Source: Rhodospirillales bacterium
Lineage (GTDB): Bacteria; Pseudomonadota; Alphaproteobacteria; Micavibrionales; Micavibrionaceae
DNA: 64,000 bases
NCBI GenBank assembly: GCA_020638285.1
Contig: JACKIV010000002.1
Location: 291,296-355,295, forward strand
Direction of reading: 5' to 3'
Shown: positions 60,907 through 64,000 of the stretch, in pieces
Layout of the letters: the number at the start of each line of letters is the position of its first letter
Numbering within the stretch: the first letter of the stretch is position 1
Program-made: the position numbers and the translations under genes
The notes under the pieces: model-generated
Databases searched by the model: none
What the model saw: only the letters and a program-made list of their open reading frames with translations
Told to the model about the DNA's origin: nothing

Positions 60907-62091
60907 ATGCCCGACCCGACCGAAAAAGCGCCGTTTCTGTGGGACGATCCGCTTCGTCTGGACGATCTTCTCACGGACGAGGAGCGGATGATCCGCGAAT
61001 CCGCCCGCAAGTTCGCGCAGGAGCGTCTGGCCCCGCGCATCGTCGCGGACAATCGGCATGAGCGGTTTGAACCCGGCCTGATGCGCGAAATGGGCGCGCT
61101 GGGCCTGCTCGGCCCCACGATCCGGGAGTATGGCGCCGGGGCGAGTTATGTCGCCTATGGCCTGATTGCGCGCGAGCTGGAGCGGGTGGATTCGTCCTGG
61201 CGCTCGGCCCTGTCGGTGCAATCCTCTCTGGTCATGCTGCCCATTGATCGGTTCGGAAGCGCGCAGCAGCGGGAAAAATTCCTGCCAAAACTGGCATCGG
61301 GCGAGTGGATCGGATGTTTTGGCCTGACCGAGCCGGACGGGGGATCCGATCCCGGCGCGATGAAAACCCGGGCGCGAAACGCTCCCGGCGGAATGCGGCT
61401 AAGCGGCTCGAAACAATGGATCACCAACGCCCCCATTGCGGATGTGTTTGTCGTCTGGGCGAAGAACGAGGCGGATGAAATCATCGGTTTGATCCTTGAA
61501 AAAGGCATGGCGGGGCTGGAGACGCCGAAAATAGAGGGGAAATTCTCGCTCCGGGCGTCGGTCACGGGGGCTATTCTGATGGAGGATGTTTTCGTGCCGC
61601 AGGAAAACATCCTGCCCGGCGCGTCCGGCATGAAAGGGCCGTTTACCTGCCTGAACAGCGCGCGTTATGGCATTTGCTGGGGCGTTATGGGAGCGGCGGA
61701 GGGGTGCTGGCATGCTGCCCGGGATTATGTCATGACCAGAGAGGTCTTCGGCAAGCCGCTCGCGGCCCGGCAGATCGTCCAGAAGAAACTGGCGGACATG
61801 CAAACCGAGATTACACTGGGCCTGGCGGGGGCTTTGCGCCTTGGCCAGATGTTCGATCAAGGCTGCGCCGCGCCCGAGGCCATTTCCCTGATGAAGCGCA
61901 ATAACTGCGGCAAGGCGCTCGATATTGCGCGGGTGGCGCGGGATATGCTCGGCGGGAACGGGATATCGGATGAATATCCGGTGATTCGCCACATGATGAA
62001 TCTGGAGGCCGTAAACACGTACGAGGGCACACACGACATTCACGCCCTGATTCTGGGGCGGGCGCAGACGGGCATTCAGGCGTTTTTCTGA
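60907..62091 (+). CDS. gcdH: Glutaryl-CoA dehydrogenase (acyl-CoA dehydrogenase family)
   Basis: [71 protein letters not shown], and the C-terminal [14 protein letters not shown] with its catalytic Glu context. Confidence 0.85.
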   Translation: MPDPTEKAPFLWDDPLRLDDLLTDEERMIRESARKFAQERLAPRIVADNRHERFEPGLMREMGALGLLGPTIREYGAGASYVAYGLIARELERVDSSWRSALSVQSSLVMLPIDRFGSAQQREKFLPKLASGEWIGCFGLTEPDGGSDPGAMKTRARNAPGGMRLSGSKQWITNAPIADVFVVWAKNEADEIIGLILEKGMAGLETPKIEGKFSLRASVTGAILMEDVFVPQENILPGASGMKGPFTCLNSARYGICWGVMGAAEGCWHAARDYVMTREVFGKPLAARQIVQKKLADMQTEITLGLAGALRLGQMFDQGCAAPEAISLMKRNNCGKALDIARVARDMLGGNGISDEYPVIRHMMNLEAVNTYEGTHDIHALILGRAQTGIQAFF

Positions 62092-62121
62092 CCCCGAAAG
62101 CCTTTTGTTTTCACTGAACCA

Positions 62122-62141
62122 CTACCGGCTGAAGCCGGTAG
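62122..62141 (+). terminator. Hairpin after gcdH (ctaccggc-TGAA-gccggtag)
   Basis: 8-bp GC-rich stem with a tetraloop 30 nt after the stop. No U-tract. The core cggctgaagccgg(t)aggtt recurs at 62281-62299. Confidence 0.4.
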
Positions 62142-62186
62142 GTTCGAAAAAGGCTGGAAGCCTTAAAAAAAAGAAAGAAAAGATTC

Positions 62187-62270
62187 ACCACAGAGGACAC
62201 AGAGACCACAGAGAAGGCACGGAGAACAGCGTCTCTCTGTGACCTCTGCGTCTTCTCCGCGTTCTCTGTG
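62187..62270. repeat. Palindromic array of 9-bp CACAGAG-type units (4 units on each arm)
   Basis: Left arm: caccacagag gacacagag accacagag aaggcacggag. Right arm: ctctgtgac ctctgcgtc ttctccgcg ttctctgtg. The arms are imperfect reverse complements around 62225-62232. Confidence 0.75.
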
Positions 62271-62438
62271 TTAAAAAATACGGCTGAAGCCGGAGGTTTA
62301 AAACCTAAAGAGGGACAATAAATACGGTCTTTATTTTCTGTTGCACCGCCCCGTTAAACAGCGCTTAGGATTTTGCCCGGATAATGGTATAAATCGGAAG
62401 GCGTCCTGCGTCGCCGCCGAAGAGGGGATTCTTGAAAA

Positions 62439-64000
62439 ATGTTCTGTAAATCAACCTGTTGGTTTCCTGCATCATCTGTCATCCCCGCGAAAGCGGGGAC
62501 CGGGGCAGTCGTTTTCGGCACGCTTTTCCTTCTGGCGACCCTTTTCTTTTCCCTGCCTGCCCATGCGCAGCTTTACAACGCGGGCGATGCGTGCACCGTG
62601 GCGGGCAAGGTCTATACGGCGGAGGGCGGAGCGGGTCCCTCTCTCGTATGCAACGGAACCACGCTTCAGGTGGATGAAAGCGTCAAAACCGGCCCTTATG
62701 CGCGCGGAATCGGCACTGCTGCGCCCAAAGCCCCCCTTCATGTGGCGGGGGAAGCCATTATCGGCGCAACAACAGGGCTAGCGTGCGATGCGGACCGCAA
62801 GGGCGGATTGCGGTGGAATGATACCGACAAGCTGCCCGAGTTTTGCGATGGAACGACGTGGAAAGCGATGGTCGTCGGGGCGGTTGTGAGCGGTGAACCT
62901 CCGGTGGATTGCCCGGTTGTCGGGGATGTGTGCAGCGACGGAACCATTTTCGCGGGGCTGAGCGGGGGAATACCTATCTACACGACCCGATGCGATGTTG
63001 GTATGACATGGGACGGGTCGACCTGTACGGGGACGCAGGCTGGTTTTAAGTGGAACAATGGGAATGGGAGTAATTATACGGCAACATTTGCTTATAGTTC
63101 TAACGGTTCTATTAACACAAACATTCTGATTTCTACAGATTCGGATTCAGGAACAGCAGGAATTCAGCCTCACATTGCCGCGCAATATTGCGCTGACAGT
63201 TTCGATCACGGTAAAGATGATTGGTACCTGCCATCTCAAGGTGAATTGCTCCTCATGTGGGGGAATAAGGCCGCCATCGGAAATTTTCATGCCACTGACA
63301 GTTACTGGACCTCCACAGAGTCCGCTATTAATAATGCAAGGTATGTAGCTTTTAATACTGGGCAATCTGCCAACAGCCCTAAAATAGGCACGTACTTCGT
63401 CCGCTGCACCCGTCGTGGTGCAGACACGAGCGGCGCGGATTTGACGCCGGATGCGTTTACCTTTACGGCGCTGACGAATCAGGTTCGGAATACGGTTGTA
63501 TCCAGCAATTCTGTCACGGTGGCCGGGTTTGACGGGCCTTTGTCGGTCTATGTCACGGGGCCGGGAAGTCCGCAGCTTCGCGTCAATGGCGGGACGTGGG
63601 GGAACAGTTTGAACATCAGCCCCGGCGATACGCTCCAGATTCGCCAGACGACAAGCCCCGCGCCAAACACCTCCCGCGCGGCGCTCGTGACCCTTGGCAC
63701 GGCGGCGGTGGACTGGGTGGTGACGACGGCGGTCGGCGAAGTCCCCGTGGGCAATACCGGCCTGACCTGTAACGCCGGGGCGGCGGGAACCGTGCGATAC
63801 AACAGCGGCGGAACCGTCATGGAATATTGCAACGGCACCGCATGGGCAAGCATCGGGGGCGCAACGCCCGCCGGGGCGGATACCCAGATTCAGTACAACA
63901 ATGCAGGAGCGTTCGGGGCAAGTTCCCATTTGAAGTGGGTCGGAACATCAAGCGCTTTGCACGTTCATGCGGCAGACCCTGCGAGTATGGTTGTCAATCA
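62439..64000 (+). CDS. Secreted Cys-motif / DUF1566 (Lcl C-terminal-like) / tail-fibre-like protein, 3' end beyond the window
   Basis: Not in the ORF track because it has no stop. My manual translation is open from ATG 62439 to the window edge. Signal-like GTLFLLATLFFSLPAHA. Three C...G.(L/V)R(W/Y)N...(F/Y)C(D/N)GT.W modules. DUF1566 core AAQYCADSFDHGKDDWYLPSQGELLLMW...YWTSTE...YFVRCTRR. Ends in GADTQIQYNNAGAFGASSHLKW. Confidence 0.75.
   Translation, partial: MFCKSTCWFPASSVIPAKAGTGAVVFGTLFLLATLFFSLPAHAQLYNAGDACTVAGKVYTAEGGAGPSLVCNGTTLQVDESVKTGPYARGIGTAAPKAPLHVAGEAIIGATTGLACDADRKGGLRWNDTDKLPEFCDGTTWKAMVVGAVVSGEPPVDCPVVGDVCSDGTIFAGLSGGIPIYTTRCDVGMTWDGSTCTGTQAGFKWNNGNGSNYTATFAYSSNGSINTNILISTDSDSGTAGIQPHIAAQYCADSFDHGKDDWYLPSQGELLLMWGNKAAIGNFHATDSYWTSTESAINNARYVAFNTGQSANSPKIGTYFVRCTRRGADTSGADLTPDAFTFTALTNQVRNTVVSSNSVTVAGFDGPLSVYVTGPGSPQLRVNGGTWGNSLNISPGDTLQIRQTTSPAPNTSRAALVTLGTAAVDWVVTTAVGEVPVGNTGLTCNAGAAGTVRYNSGGTVMEYCNGTAWASIGGATPAGADTQIQYNNAGAFGASSHLKWVGTSSALHVHAADPASMVVN
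62476..62505. repeat. Copy of the CTGTCATYCCCGCGAAAGCGGGG repeat inside the 5' end of an ORF
   Basis: ctgtcatccccgcgaaagcggggaccgggg. It translates in frame as SVIPAKAGTG, ahead of the hydrophobic signal-like segment of the 62439 ORF. Confidence 0.75.

Noticed and set aside
60816-61118. N-terminal two thirds of the 171-aa minus-strand ORF
   Set aside because: It overlaps the 5' end of gcdH and the divergent promoter region with Arg/Ser-rich low complexity. Only the last 70 codons look like a real gene.
63147-63929. 260-aa minus-strand ORF, the only long ORF the track lists here
   Set aside because: Antisense to the stop-less plus-strand ORF, which contains a recognisable DUF1566 domain and repeated Cys modules.

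Overview
By eye this is a GC-rich (about 60%) chromosomal segment from an alphaproteobacterium. The lineage call rests on a ChvI/ChvG two-component pair, a short-form RNase D, an MALFLSTYVNKIDKKGR-type MraZ and an alpha-type ParE. About 50 protein genes and two tRNA-Leu genes can be supported.

Most of the window is housekeeping:
- gyrA (5' truncated), parE, nadE, kdsD, rnd
- the proximal half of the dcw cluster: mraZ-rsmH-ftsL-ftsI-murE-murF
- rpiB-glyA, nrdR, acnA, maeB, hslU, guaB, ugd, clpS, gcdH

The non-routine content is:
1. A six-gene group-4-hydrogenase-like membrane module (10741-18012). Its 'large subunit' has lost the NiFe cysteine ligands, which makes it an Ehr-type candidate.
2. 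An orphan HipA-family kinase gene with atypical codon usage and no HipB partner (18130-19572).
3. A poorly characterised block at 47.2-55 kb. It holds an M17 peptidase translationally coupled to a MurC-like ligase, two tandem paralogous unknown proteins, a DUF1223 protein and orphan ORFs.
4. Two large RTX-type secreted proteins with no type I secretion genes nearby. One is a subtilase with a P-domain and RTX repeats; the other carries RTX repeats and DUF4114.
5. An open-ended secreted DUF1566 / tail-fibre-like protein that runs off the 3' edge of the window.
6. Several extragenic repeat families and a regularly phased MraZ-box-like array.

I found no CRISPR array, transposase, integrase or prophage genes. 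I see no single clear-cut new system. The Ehr-like module and the 47-55 kb block are the best candidates.

The ORF track writes alternative start codons (GTG/TTG) as M, so several starts were re-placed by eye and are approximate.
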